Source: Octopus sinensis
Lineage: Eukaryota
Assembly: GCF_006345805.1 (NCBI RefSeq)
Contig: NW_021823712.1
Span: 1-21,362 of the forward strand
DNA: 21,362 nt
Direction: 5' to 3'
The first letter of the stretch is position 1. Every line of letters starts with the position of its first letter. The notes beneath the pieces are model-generated. The model was not told the DNA's origin, made no database searches, and saw only the letters and a list, made by a program, of their open reading frames with translations. Made by a program: the position numbers and the translations under genes. Positions 9,621 to 19,196 of the stretch are shown piece by piece.

Positions 9621-9795
9621 GGAAGAAGAAGTGAGAGAAGAAGAAAAAGAAGAAGAAGAAGAAGTGGAAGAAGGAGAAAAGAAGAAATGGAAGAAGAAGG
9701 AGAAGAAAAGAAGAAGAAGAAGAAGAAAAGAAGAAGAAGAAGAAGAAAGAGAAGAGGAAAAGAAGAAGAAGAAGGAGGAGAAGAAGGAGAAGAAG

Positions 9796-9826
<31 letters not shown>

Positions 9827-10870
9827 GGAAGAAGAAGTGAGAGAAGAAGAAAAAGAAGAAGAAGAAGAAGTGGAAGAAGGAGAAAAGAAGAAGTGGAAGA
9901 AGAAGTGAGAGAAGAAGAAAAAGAAGAAGAAGAAGTGGAAGAAGGAGAAAAGAAGAAGTGGAAGAAGAAGGAGAAGAAAAGAAGAAGAAGAAGAAGAAAA
10001 GAAGAAGAAGAAGGAGGAGAAGAGGAGAAGAAGAAGAAGAAGAAGAAGAAGTGGAAGAAGAAGTGAGAGAAGAGAAGAAGAAGAAAAGAAGTGGAGAAGG
10101 AGAAAGAAGAAGTGGAAGAAGAAGTGAGAGAAGAAGAAAAAGAAGAAGAAGAATGGAAGAAGGAGAAAGAAGAAGTGGAAGAAGAAGTGAGAGAAGAAAA
10201 AAAGAAGAAGAAAAGGGAAGAAGGGAAAAGAAGAAGTGGAAGAAGAAGAGAAGAAAAGAAGAAGAAGAAGAAGAAAGAAGAAGAAAAGAGAAGAAGAAGA
10301 AGAAAGAGAAGAGGAAAGAAGAAGAAGAAGAAGAAGGAGGAGAAGAAGAGAAAGAAGGATAGAGAAGAGAAGAAGAGAAAAGAAGAAGAAGAAGAAGAAG
10401 AAGAAGAAGAAGGAGGAGAAGAAGGAGAAGAAAGAAGAAGAAAAAGAAGAGGAGAAGAAGGAGAAGAAGAGAAAGAAGAAAAAAGAAAAAAGAAAAAGAA
10501 GAAGAAAAGAAAGAGAAAAGAGGAAAAGAAGAAGAAGAAGAGGAGGAGAAGAAGGAGAAGAAGAAGAAGAAGAAGAAGAAGAAAGGAGTGAAGAAGGTGA
10601 AAAAGAAGATGAAGAAGAAAAAGAAGAAGAAGAGAAAAGGAGGAGAAGAAGGAGAAGAAGAGAAGGAAGAAGAAAAGAAGAAAAGAAGAAAAGAAGAGAA
10701 AAGAAAAGAAGAAGAAGAAGAAGGGGAGAAAGAGAAAAGAAGAAGAAGAAGAAGAAGGAGGAGAAGAAGGAGAAGAAGAAGAAGAAGAAGAAGAAGAAAG
10801 GAGGTGAAGAAGGTGAAAAAGAAGATGAAGAATAAAAGGAAGGCAAAGAAAAAGAAGTGGGAGAAGAAAT
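9247..10870. repeat. About 1.6-kb (GAA/GGA)n homopurine tract with internal higher-order blocks
   Basis: Almost purely G/A on the + strand, with recurring GAAGTGGAAGAAGAAGTGAGAGAAG blocks. All long ORFs here are artefacts. Confidence 0.97.
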
Positions 10871-10879
10871 TCAAACCAT

Positions 10880-11240
10880 CACCTAAGCTACTACCAATGT
10901 CTCAATTCCTAAGAGCACCACCACCACCACCACTACAATAACCAATACTATCAACATCACCATCACCGTGATGACAATGACAACCACTACCACCAACACC
11001 TGCTCCACAAGGACCAATACCACCACCACCACCACTACCACCAACACCACCACCACAAGAACCAATACTAGCATCACTGCCACTACTATCACAAGAATGG
11101 TGAAAATGACAACCACCACCATTACCACCACCAGCACTGTTCTCGTCACCATTTTAACTACAACGACCGTTACCACCCCCCCTACATCACGCTCGTCCCT
11201 TCCCCTAACTCAACTTTCACCACCATCGCCACCATGACCA
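10880..11240. repeat. Degenerate (CAC/CCA)n microsatellite
   Basis: Directly visible. Similar tracts occur at 12490-12740 and 12965-13210. Confidence 0.9.
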
Positions 11241-11267
11241 CCGCCCCAGAAAGTTTAACATACATAC

Positions 11268-11316
11268 CACTTTGCAGTTCGTCTTTATGTCTTGCGGAGA
11301 AAGTAAACTAAAATCT
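11268..11316 (-). CDS. EHBP1: EHBP1 49-nt exon, middle of the CH domain
   Basis: (L)DFSLLSPQDIKTNCKV corresponds to EHBP1 IDYKSLNPQDIKENNKK. Acceptor TTTTACAG; donor GTG|GTATGT. Phase 2 to 0. Confidence 0.92.
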
Positions 11317-11475
11317 CTGTAAAACAAAAAAATAAAAACAAAATTAAAAATTAAAAATAAAAACAAAAAGCAAAAAAAAAAACTAAAATAAAATAAAAAT
11401 AAAAACAAGAATTAAAACTACATTTTGTTGAAATAACAAGGAAATGTAGAAACTGTGGTTATGCAGTTAAGATAT

Positions 11476-12066
11476 GGAGCAGTCCACCTAGGTGTAAAGG
11501 GGTACCATATGGAGGTACAGTCTAATTAGCTGTAGAGGGATGATAATTTAGAGAGGCTCAGTCCACTTAGCTGTAAAGGGGTACCACCATGTAGAGAGGC
11601 TCAGTCCACCAAGCTGTAAAGGGGTACCACCATGTAGAGAGGCTCAGTTCACCTAACTGTAAAGGGGTACCAAGCAGAGAAGCTCAGTCTGCCTAGCTGT
11701 AAAGGGGTACCAAGCAGAGAGGCTCAGTTCACCTAGCAGTAAAGGGGTACCACTATGTAGAGAGGCTCAGTTCACCTAGCTGTAAAGGGGTACCAAGCAG
11801 AGAAGCTCAGTCCGCCTAGCTGTAAAGGGGTACCAAGCAGAGAGGCTCAGTTCACCTAGCTGTAAAGGGGTACCACCATGTAGAGAGGCTCAGTTCACCT
11901 AGCTGTAAAGGGGTACCAAGCAGAGAAGCTCAGTCCGCCTAGCTGTAAAGGGGTACCAAGCAGAGAGGCTCAGTTCACCTAGCTGTAAAGGGGTACCACC
12001 ATGTAGAGAGGCTCAGTTCACCTAGCTGTAAAGGGGTACCAAGCAGAGAAGCTCAGTCCACCGAGC
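11476..12066. repeat. 40/43-bp minisatellite with a 123-bp higher-order period
   Basis: Unit AGAGA(G/A)GCTCAGT(T/C)C(A/G)CCTAGCTGTAAAGGGGTACC followed by ACCATGT or AAGC. There are 12 full units plus degenerate units on the left. Confidence 0.97.
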
Positions 12067-12741
12067 TGAGCCAGAAACCGGGACCATCCGATGCACCCCT
12101 CACCCCTACCCGTCCCTGCTCCCTAATTTCTGGGCTTTGTTGGAGGCAGTTGTTGTTGTTGTTGTTGCTGGGGCATCGATTCTGGCATTTCCTTTCGGTG
12201 GGAAAAGTTTTATCAATAATCGATGGAAGTATTGATGCGAAAATGGATTTGTGAAGGGAAATCAATAGAAAGGAACTGGAGAGGTTGGATGGAAGGGGGG
12301 AGGTGAATGTGGGGGTGGGGTAGGGGAGTAAGAAATAGAGAGGGAGGGGAGAGGTAGAAAGGAAGTTTAACTGGAGGGAGGAGGAGAGAGAAAGAGAGAG
12401 AGGGAGGGAAAGAGAGAGATGGTGAAGGTCACATGAGATAGTGTAGTCCTGTAGACCTGACTCAGGGTTAAAAGAAAAAAAGTAACAACATCAGACACCA
12501 CCACAAGAACCAGATCACCATCACCACCACCACCATAACTACCACCACCACTGCTATCACCACAGCAACCATGACCACCACCACAACAACAACAAAAAAC
12601 GCCACCACCACTACCACCTTCACAAACACCACCACCACTGCTATCACCACGGCAACCACCACCACTGCTAACACCACACCATCACTGCCACAACAAAAAC
12701 CGCCATCACAACCACCACCACCACCACTACCACCACAACCT

Positions 12742-12968
12742 ATTTCTTTACTACCCACAAGGGACCAAACACAGAGAGGACAAACAAGGACAGACAGACG
12801 GATTAAGTCGATTATATCTACCCCAGTGTGTAACTGGTACTTAATTTATTGACCCCGAAAGGATGAAAGGCAAAGTCAACCTTGGCGAAATTTGAACTCA
12901 GAACGTAACGACAGACGAAATACGGCTAAGCATTTCGCCTGGCGTGCTAACGTTTCTGCCAGCTCACC
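12742..12968 (-). mobile_element. tRNA-derived SINE (family B)
   Basis: Minus strand reads GAGCTGGCAGAAACGTTAGCA...GAGTTCAAATT (B box)...GCCTTTCATCCTTTCGGGGTC. Homologous to 20636-20866 and 19707-20073. Confidence 0.85.
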
Positions 12969-13238
12969 ACTATCACCACAACCACCACTACAACACAACC
13001 ACAATACCACCACCACCACAACACAACCACAACTACCACCACCACAACCTCCACCACCACCACTACAACACAACCACAACTACCACCACCACCACTACCC
13101 TCACAACCACCACCACACACAACCTCCACCACCACCACTACAACACAACCACAACTATCACCACCACCACCACCCTCACAGACACCACCACTACCACAAA
13201 CAACAACAACAAGAAAGAGAAGAAAATGTCCGACTTAC

Positions 13239-13411
13239 AGAAGATCCGGTCTGAAATGATGAATGATGGCACAGAAGGCCAAACCATTGCGCCAGGACGT
13301 GGTCAGGTTTGTTACCTTGACCCCTCGGTAACCGACGGTAACGCTTTGACACCAGGTCAGTAAGTCCTTCGTGGAATTGCTACCACCGCTGCTGCTGCTG
13401 CTGGTCGTCTT
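13239..13411 (-). CDS. EHBP1: EHBP1 exon, N-terminal half of the calponin-homology (CH) domain
   Basis: [57 protein letters not shown], the canonical MICAL/EHBP-type CH signature. Acceptor TTTTCAG (NAGNAG); donor CT|GTAAGT. 173 nt, phase 0 to 2. Not in the ORF track. Confidence 0.95.
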
Positions 13412-13682
13412 CTGAAAATGATAAGATGGGTCTTAGTTAAGACATCAGGTTAAGACCATCGGTCAAAGCAAGGAACAGAGATGACCAGAGGCTGCTGGAG
13501 AGGATGTAAATGTGGAGTAAACAATGGTCTTGCTGTGATCAACTGGGAGTGACCAAGGTGGGTATGGGGGTTAGAATATGTGACCCCCTAAGATACATTA
13601 GCGTGCCCCAGGTCTGCTGGATCAGGACTGACCTGCGGCTGAACAATAACAACAACAACAACACTAAAATGCTCAGACTTAC

Positions 13683-13749
13683 CTCATCAGTTTCTGCTTT
13701 CTGAGACACCTTCGTCTGACGTACTGGTGACTTTCTTGGGGAAGGCTTC
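13683..13749 (-). CDS. EHBP1: EHBP1 short linker exon
   Basis: KPSPRKSPVRQTKVSQKAETDE. Acceptor TTTTAG; donor GAG|GTAAGT. 67 nt, phase 2 to 0, which exactly bridges the neighbouring exon phases. Confidence 0.82.
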
Positions 13750-14127
13750 CTAAAATTAGTAAACATACATATATATACATATATATATATATGCACATAC
13801 ATACACTGTTGTGTCTGGGGAGAGTCATTTTCTTTTTTGTGCCTTATAATTTTACACACTCACTGGTAAAATTTCCACTTATTTCTTATTTTTATTTTCC
13901 TAAAATCTTTGTTGCGTCTTGCAATTTTTTTAATAGTCCGACTATTGAAAAGGTTGCAAGACGCAACGAAAATTTTAGGAAAATAAAAAAGAAATAAGCG
14001 GAAATTTTACCGGTGAGTGTGTTAAATTATAAGGTACAAAAAGAAAATGACTCTCCCCAGACACAACAGAATATGCTTCAACACACGAACTCACATAAAG
14101 AATCTTGCAAACCAAATCCCAAAACAA

Positions 14128-14166
<39 letters not shown>

Positions 14167-14212
14167 ATAAATGGTGGGGTTGCGTTGACCACACGTGGAG
14201 AAATGATAAGCA

Positions 14213-14448
14213 AGGAAAAATTGTAAAAATGCAGAATGCTAAATTGAAAGAAAATTTTAATGAAATGAGAAATGATAAAATATATAAATATATATTTATT
14301 CAAACCGGTTTTCGTCATAGTGTGACTTTGATAAGTCACACTATGACGAAAACCGGTTTGAATAAATACATATTTATATATTTTATCAATTTCTCATTTC
14401 ATTAAAATTTTCTTTCAATTTAGCATTCTGCATTTTACAATTTTTCCT
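14213..14448. repeat. 236-bp near-perfect palindrome (116-nt arms, 4-nt loop), MITE-like
   Basis: Arms 14213-14328 and 14333-14448 differ by one mismatch and two 1-nt indels. The loop is TGAT. Confidence 0.95.
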
Positions 14449-14543
14449 ATATATATATATATATATATATAGATATTTATATATATACATCAGAAATATT
14501 AAATTTCTAAATATCTCATAGAGATATGTACGGTGGTGGGGCG

Positions 14544-14595
14544 ATAGAATGGTTGTATACTGTCACATTAAATTGACAGTATACAACCATTCTAT
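14544..14595. repeat. Perfect 22-bp inverted repeat with an 8-nt loop
   Basis: ATAGAATGGTTGTATACTGTCA - CATTAAAT - TGACAGTATACAACCATTCTAT. Confidence 0.95.
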
Positions 14596-14821
14596 ATATA
14601 TATATATATAGTGAGAATTTACAAAAAAAGCAAAAGACGAAGACAGGTGTGTAAACAACAAACAGATGTATTAGTTTAACGCTCAGGAAGTGAGAAAGTC
14701 TTTTACATTTTGAGCCTATGCTCTTCGACAGAAAGGAACACAGAAATAAACAGGGAGAGAAATATATATATATATATATATATATATTAGCAATAATTAC
14801 AATGATAAGGAATATGGTACA

Positions 14822-15290
14822 AGAGTGTGGTCAGATGACCTAAGAGAGTTAGGTGTTATAGCAGTGAGACCAAGTGACACAGGTGTGCGATCAATTGAGA
14901 CGGATGTGGGTAGATGATGCCGGTGTGTGGCCAGACCACAGGGGTACAGTCAGATGACAAAAAAGTGTAGCTAGGTCCACTCGGGTGTTAGCTAATTCAT
15001 GGGTGACAAAGGGGTGTGTCCAAATGACAGAGGGGTGTCACCAGAACACATAGAGTGTGGTTTTGTAACACACGGTGTGGCCAGATGACAAGGCTGTGAC
15101 CTGTTGACATAAGGGTATGGCTAGAGGACACAATGGCAAGGTGAGATGACACAAGGGTGTGGCCGGAGGACACAGGGATGTGGCAACAGGGTCATTGCCA
15201 AGCTCAAGAACACTATCTAATTTCCAGGTGAGATAAAAGTGTGGCCAGGTGATACAGTAAAGTGCTATCTAATTCACAGGTGACATAGTG
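14822..15290. repeat. Highly degenerate minisatellite, unit about 21 bp (GGTGTGGCCAGATGACACAAG-like)
   Basis: Recurrent GTGTGGCCAGA / CAGATGAC motifs at roughly 21-nt spacing. Confidence 0.6.
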
Positions 15291-15337
15291 GTGCTGCAAG
15301 ATCCAGGGACACTTTCCACTAGTTGCAGATCACTTAC

Positions 15338-15550
15338 CCGATGTAGGGCTCTATTACAGGTGGAGAGATGGGCCGAACAAATGGTTTTTCACCTGGGGGT
15401 GTTGCCGGAGGAGTACCATGGTAATGGGGTCTCTCCGTGGGTGTTTTTGGAGGTGTTGTTCTACGATTAGGGGCCTCCGCTCTATCTGACTGAGATGGGG
15501 ACGAAACGCTGCGAAGATGAGCTTTCAAGGTGGCCAAGAAGGTTTCAGCT
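15338..15550 (-). CDS. EHBP1: EHBP1 coding exon, symmetric (phase 2 to 2), Pro-rich motif copy 2
   Basis: AETFLATLKAHLRSVSSPSQSDRAEAPNRRTTPPKTPTERPHYHGTPPATPPGEKPFVRPISPPVIEPYI(G). Acceptor AATAG after a pyrimidine-rich tract; donor GG|GTAAGT. 213 nt, divisible by 3. Confidence 0.85.
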
Positions 15551-15801
15551 CTATTGGAATTTGAAGAAGACATAAGAGAGATGAAGAGGAGAGGCAGAAA
15601 GATGGAGAGTAAGGGAAAATGGAGATACAAAAAGGAGAGAGAGAGAGAGAGAGAGAAGAGGTGGAGAAAAGGAGAGAGAGAGGAGATAAGACAGCAAAGA
15701 GAAGAGAGGGAGGTAGAAGGGGAAAGAGGAGAAGGTGGAGATTACAAAGAGAAGGGAGAGAAGGAAAATAGGTCAGAGGAGAGAGAAGAGGGGACACTAC
15801 A

Positions 15802-16140
15802 CTTTTACTTGTTTCAGTCATTTGACTGTGGCCATGCTGGAGCACCACCTTTTGTCAAGCAAATCGACCCCAGGACTTTACGGGGACGTAAACACACCAC
15901 CATCAGTTGTCAAGCGATGCTGGGGGCACAAACACAGACACACAAACATATACACACACATATATATATATATACATATATACGACGGGCTTCTTTCAGT
16001 TTCCGTCTACCAAATTTACTCACAAGGCTTTGGTCAGCCTGAGGCTATAGTAGAAGACACTTGCCCAAGGTGCCATGCAGTGGGACTGAACCCAGAACCA
16101 TGTGGTTGGTAAGCAAGCTACGTACCACACAGCCACTCCT
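15802..16140 (-). mobile_element. tRNA-derived CORE-like SINE (family D): head, (TA)n linker, tail
   Basis: The minus-strand head has TGGCTGTGTGG and GGGTTCAGTCCC boxes plus the CORE-like ACCTTGGGCAAGTGTCTT. The tail is CTCCAGCATGGCC..AGTCAAATGACTGAAACAAGTAAAAG. An additional tail-only copy abuts at 16141-16350. Confidence 0.8.
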
Positions 16141-16426
16141 TTTATTCTTTTACTTATTTCAGTCATTTTGACTGGGGCCATGTTGGAGCACTGCCCTTTA
16201 GTTGAGTGAAACAACTCCGGGACTTAATCTTTGTAAGCCTGGTACTTATTCTATCGGTATCTTTTGCTGAACTGCTAAGTTATGGGGACATAAACATACC
16301 AACATCAGTTGTCAAGCGATGTTGCAATCGATGTTGGGGGGACAAACACAGACACACAAATACATACATACATACCTATATATACATGAAAAAAAGTGGG
16401 GGTCAAAGCAATGAGCAACAACTTAC

Positions 16427-16901
16427 CCCATGGCGGGATCTATCACAGGAGGCGTAATGGGTCGGACTCTCTGTTTTTCTTCTGGGGGAGTCGACGGAGG
16501 AGTGCCATGGTAATGGGGCCTCTCAGCAACTGACCCCAAAGGTTTCTTCGGAGCAAGGGCCTCGGTCTTACCTGACTGGCCATTACCGACACTGGTCCGC
16601 AACTTCCCCGGTAAAGTCGCCGATCGATTGGACTTTGCAGGGGCCCGATTAATGCTGGAGTTTTTTAATGTGAGGTTCGACCGACTGGCTCCACCTCTTG
16701 AGCTGCTCAGATCTTCATATACAAATGCTTCTGCCGGGTCATCAAATGGGTTCGTGTTGGTTTCATCATTTGGCTGTTCATCAAATGGGTTCGTAGAATC
16801 CTCAAAGGGATTGGTCGAATCCTCAAATGGGTTCGAAGGCTCGTCAAAAGGATTCGTTGAATTCAGCGTACGATCATAAGGTGTTGATCCCCGCAACTGG
16901 C
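16427..16901 (-). CDS. EHBP1: EHBP1 coding exon with five NPF (EH-binding) motifs and Pro-rich motif copy 1
   Basis: TNPFDEPSNPFEDSTNPFEDSTNPFDEQPNDETNTNPFDD...ERPHYHGTPPSTPPEEKQRVRPITPPVIDPAM(G). Acceptor TTTACAG; donor GG|GTAAGT. 475 nt, phase 1 to 2. Confidence 0.92.
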
Positions 16902-17004
16902 CTGTAAAGTAGATAAAAAACAAACATACAACAATCAAAAGAAATGACAAATTCTCTTTTTACTTGTTTCAGTCATGTTATGATGTGGGTATATATGCCT
17001 GGTG

Positions 17005-17393
17005 TGGAGGCGCAATGGCCCAGTGGTTAGGGTAGCAGACTCGCGGTCATAGGATTGCGGTTTCGATTCCCAGACCGGGCGTTGTGAGTGTTTATTGAGC
17101 GAAAACACCTAAAAGCTCCACGAGGCTCCGGCAGGGGATGGTGGTGATCCCTGCTGTACTCTTTCACCACAACTTTCTCTCACTCTTACTTCCTGTTTCT
17201 ATTGTACCTGTATTTCAAAGGGCCGGCCTTGTCACTCTCTGTGTCACGCTGAATATCCCCGAGAACTACGTTAAGGGTACATGTGTCTGTGGAGTGCTCA
17301 GCCACTTACATGTTAATTTCACGAGCAGGCTGTTCCGTTGATTCGGATCAACCGGAACCCTCATCGTCGTAACCGACGGAGTGCTTCCATTCC
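17005..17393 (+). mobile_element. Full-length tRNA-derived SINE (family A) with a perfect TSD
   Basis: A box TGGCCCAGTGG and B-box-like GGTTTCGATTCC. TSD ATATATGCCTGGTGT at 16991-17005 and 17394-17408. Confidence 0.92.
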
Positions 17394-17624
17394 ATATATG
17401 CCTGGTGTAAAATGGCATTGCACAAATAAATAGTTGAATGTGGTTATCTGAAAATAACCTATCGCAGAAATATATGTTAACACAGAACACACTCTGTACT
17501 ACTCAAAAGTAGTTACGATACTTATTAATTCTTCTGTTCAACTACCGACTGTTGCACCAACATACACTGAACTAACACGGTAAAAAAACTCAGTCAAACT
17601 AGTACCATCAACTACTCCCTAGAC

Positions 17625-17825
17625 CAGTGGTTTTCAACCAGGGTTCCGCCAGTACAGTCCAGGGGTTCCGCAAGAAGTTACAAAACTGCTAAAATCGGCA
17701 GTAATTTTTAAATCTCCTGTGCAGATATGTGTGCATAAGACTATTAAATTATTGCACAGGGGTTCCTCGAGCCAGTGAAATGTTTCCTTGGGGTTCCGCT
17801 CCAGCAAGAAGGTTGAAAAGCACTG
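17625..17825. mobile_element. hAT (Charlie-type) MITE, 201 bp
   Basis: TIRs CAGTGGTTTTCAACC / GGTTGAAAAGCACTG match at 14 of 15 positions. The 8-bp TSD CCCTAGAC lies at 17617-17624 and 17826-17833. Confidence 0.93.
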
Positions 17826-17883
17826 CCCTAGACAGATAGACATACACACACACACTGAAGGACATATATACACACACATATAT

Positions 17884-18267
17884 GGAAGTACTCAGTCGGT
17901 TACGACGACGAGGGTTCCGGTTGATCCGAATCAACGGAACAGCCTGCTCGTGAAATTAACGTGTAAGTGGCTGAGCACTCCACAGACACGTGTACCCTTA
18001 ACGTAGTTCTCGGGGATATTCAGCGTGACACAGAGAGTGACAAGGCCGGCCCCTTGAAATACAGGTACAACAGAAACAGGAAGTAAGAGTGAGAGAAAGT
18101 TGTGGTGAAAGAGTACAGCAGGGATCGCCACCATCCCCTGCCGGAGCCTCGTGGAGCTTTTAGGTGTTTTCGCTCAATAAACACTCACAACGCCCGGTCT
18201 GGGAATCGAAACCGCGATCTTATGACCGCGAGTCCGCTGCCCTAACCACTGGGCCATTGCGCCTCCA
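17884..18267 (-). mobile_element. Full-length tRNA-derived SINE (family A), inverted relative to 17005-17393
   Basis: By manual comparison the reverse complement differs from the + copy at 12 positions over about 384 nt, with no indels seen. Confidence 0.92.
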
Positions 18268-18360
18268 GACACATACACACTCACACACCCACACAACACA
18301 TGCGCAAACATACTCACGCCCTACCCCTCGCGCCCTGCCCCTGCCAGTAGAAGCACTCAC

Positions 18361-18545
18361 CTGATAGGTTGGCGCTGTCGTCAGGGTCGCGACCCAGCAT
18401 GCTTAGTTGAGCGCTGACCTCGCTAAACTGAGCGCTGAGGTCGGCGTCCTCCTGTTCCTCGTCCGCCTCATCCAAGTCATCGAGGTTCCCGATGTCACTC
18501 TTGCCGATGCTCCACAGACTCGCCACACTCTGCATGTCTTCGTCA
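18361..18545 (-). CDS. EHBP1: EHBP1 coding exon, end of NT-C2 and acidic linker
   Basis: (T)DEDMQSVASLWSIGKSDIGNLDDLDEADEE...SANLS(G) matches the EHBP1 motif TDEDMQSLASLMS..DIGNLDD. Acceptor CATAG after a (CT)n tract; donor G|GTGAGT. 185 nt, phase 2 to 1. Confidence 0.93.
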
Positions 18546-18551
18546 CTATGG

Positions 18552-18600
<49 letters not shown>

Positions 18601-18689
18601 TAAAGATGTACACAAGGCAGAGGAAGGCATAAAAAAAAACAAAGAGTTAAAAGTCACCAGGGGCCACGGACTGGCCCTTTCCTTTCACT

Positions 18690-19103
18690 GGCTTCAGTCA
18701 TTGGACAGTGGCCATGCTGGAGCACCGCATTCACGGATTTTAGTTGAATGAATCAAATCCAGTACTCTTTTACGTGTTTCAGTCAATTGACTGCGGCCAT
18801 GCTGGAGCACTGCCATTATTCGAGCAAACCGACTTATTCTTTGTAAGCCTAGAACTTATTCTATCGAGCTCTTTTGCTGAACTGCTAAGTTACGGGGACG
18901 TAAACACACCAGCATTGATGGTGGGAGGACAAAAACAGACAGAAACATACATACATATATATACATCTATAATATATATATATAGATATATATATATATA
19001 TATATATATATCTATATATATATATATATATAATATATATATATCTATATATATATTATATATATATATAATATCTTATATATATAATATATCTATATAT
19101 ATA

Positions 19104-19135
<32 letters not shown>

Positions 19136-19146
19136 CTATATATATA

Positions 19147-19196
<50 letters not shown>

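Noticed and set aside
9165-10941. Long ORFs (569 aa, 491 aa, and poly-K/E/R frames)
   Set aside because: They are translations of the GAA/TTC microsatellite; stop codons are absent only because of composition. The region is intronic to the EHBP1 CH exons.
11476-12066. CRISPR-like appearance of the 36-nt constant block with short variable ends
   Set aside because: The variable parts are only 4-7 nt and recur rather than being unique spacers. There are no cas genes and the context is a eukaryotic intron.
12106-12177. Possible 72-nt in-frame cryptic exon (IDAPATTTTTTASNKAQKLGSRDG) on the minus strand
   Set aside because: The acceptor lacks a pyrimidine tract, the sequence is built on a CAA microsatellite, and inclusion would split the CH domain.
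12295-12326. G-quadruplex-like G runs (also at 243-283)
   Set aside because: The pattern is present, but such runs are expected in this low-complexity intron and there is nothing to suggest function.
14690-14745. Second hammerhead-like look-alike on the minus strand (GAAGAGC-ATAG-GCTC-AAAA)
   Set aside because: There is no CTGANGA core, GAAA is not intact, and no stem III or cleavage triplet can be built. It is probably part of a common dispersed repeat.
17005-17080. tRNA-like A and B boxes suggesting tRNA genes
   Set aside because: These are SINE heads followed by long non-tRNA bodies, present in several copies with TSDs. There is no complete cloverleaf.
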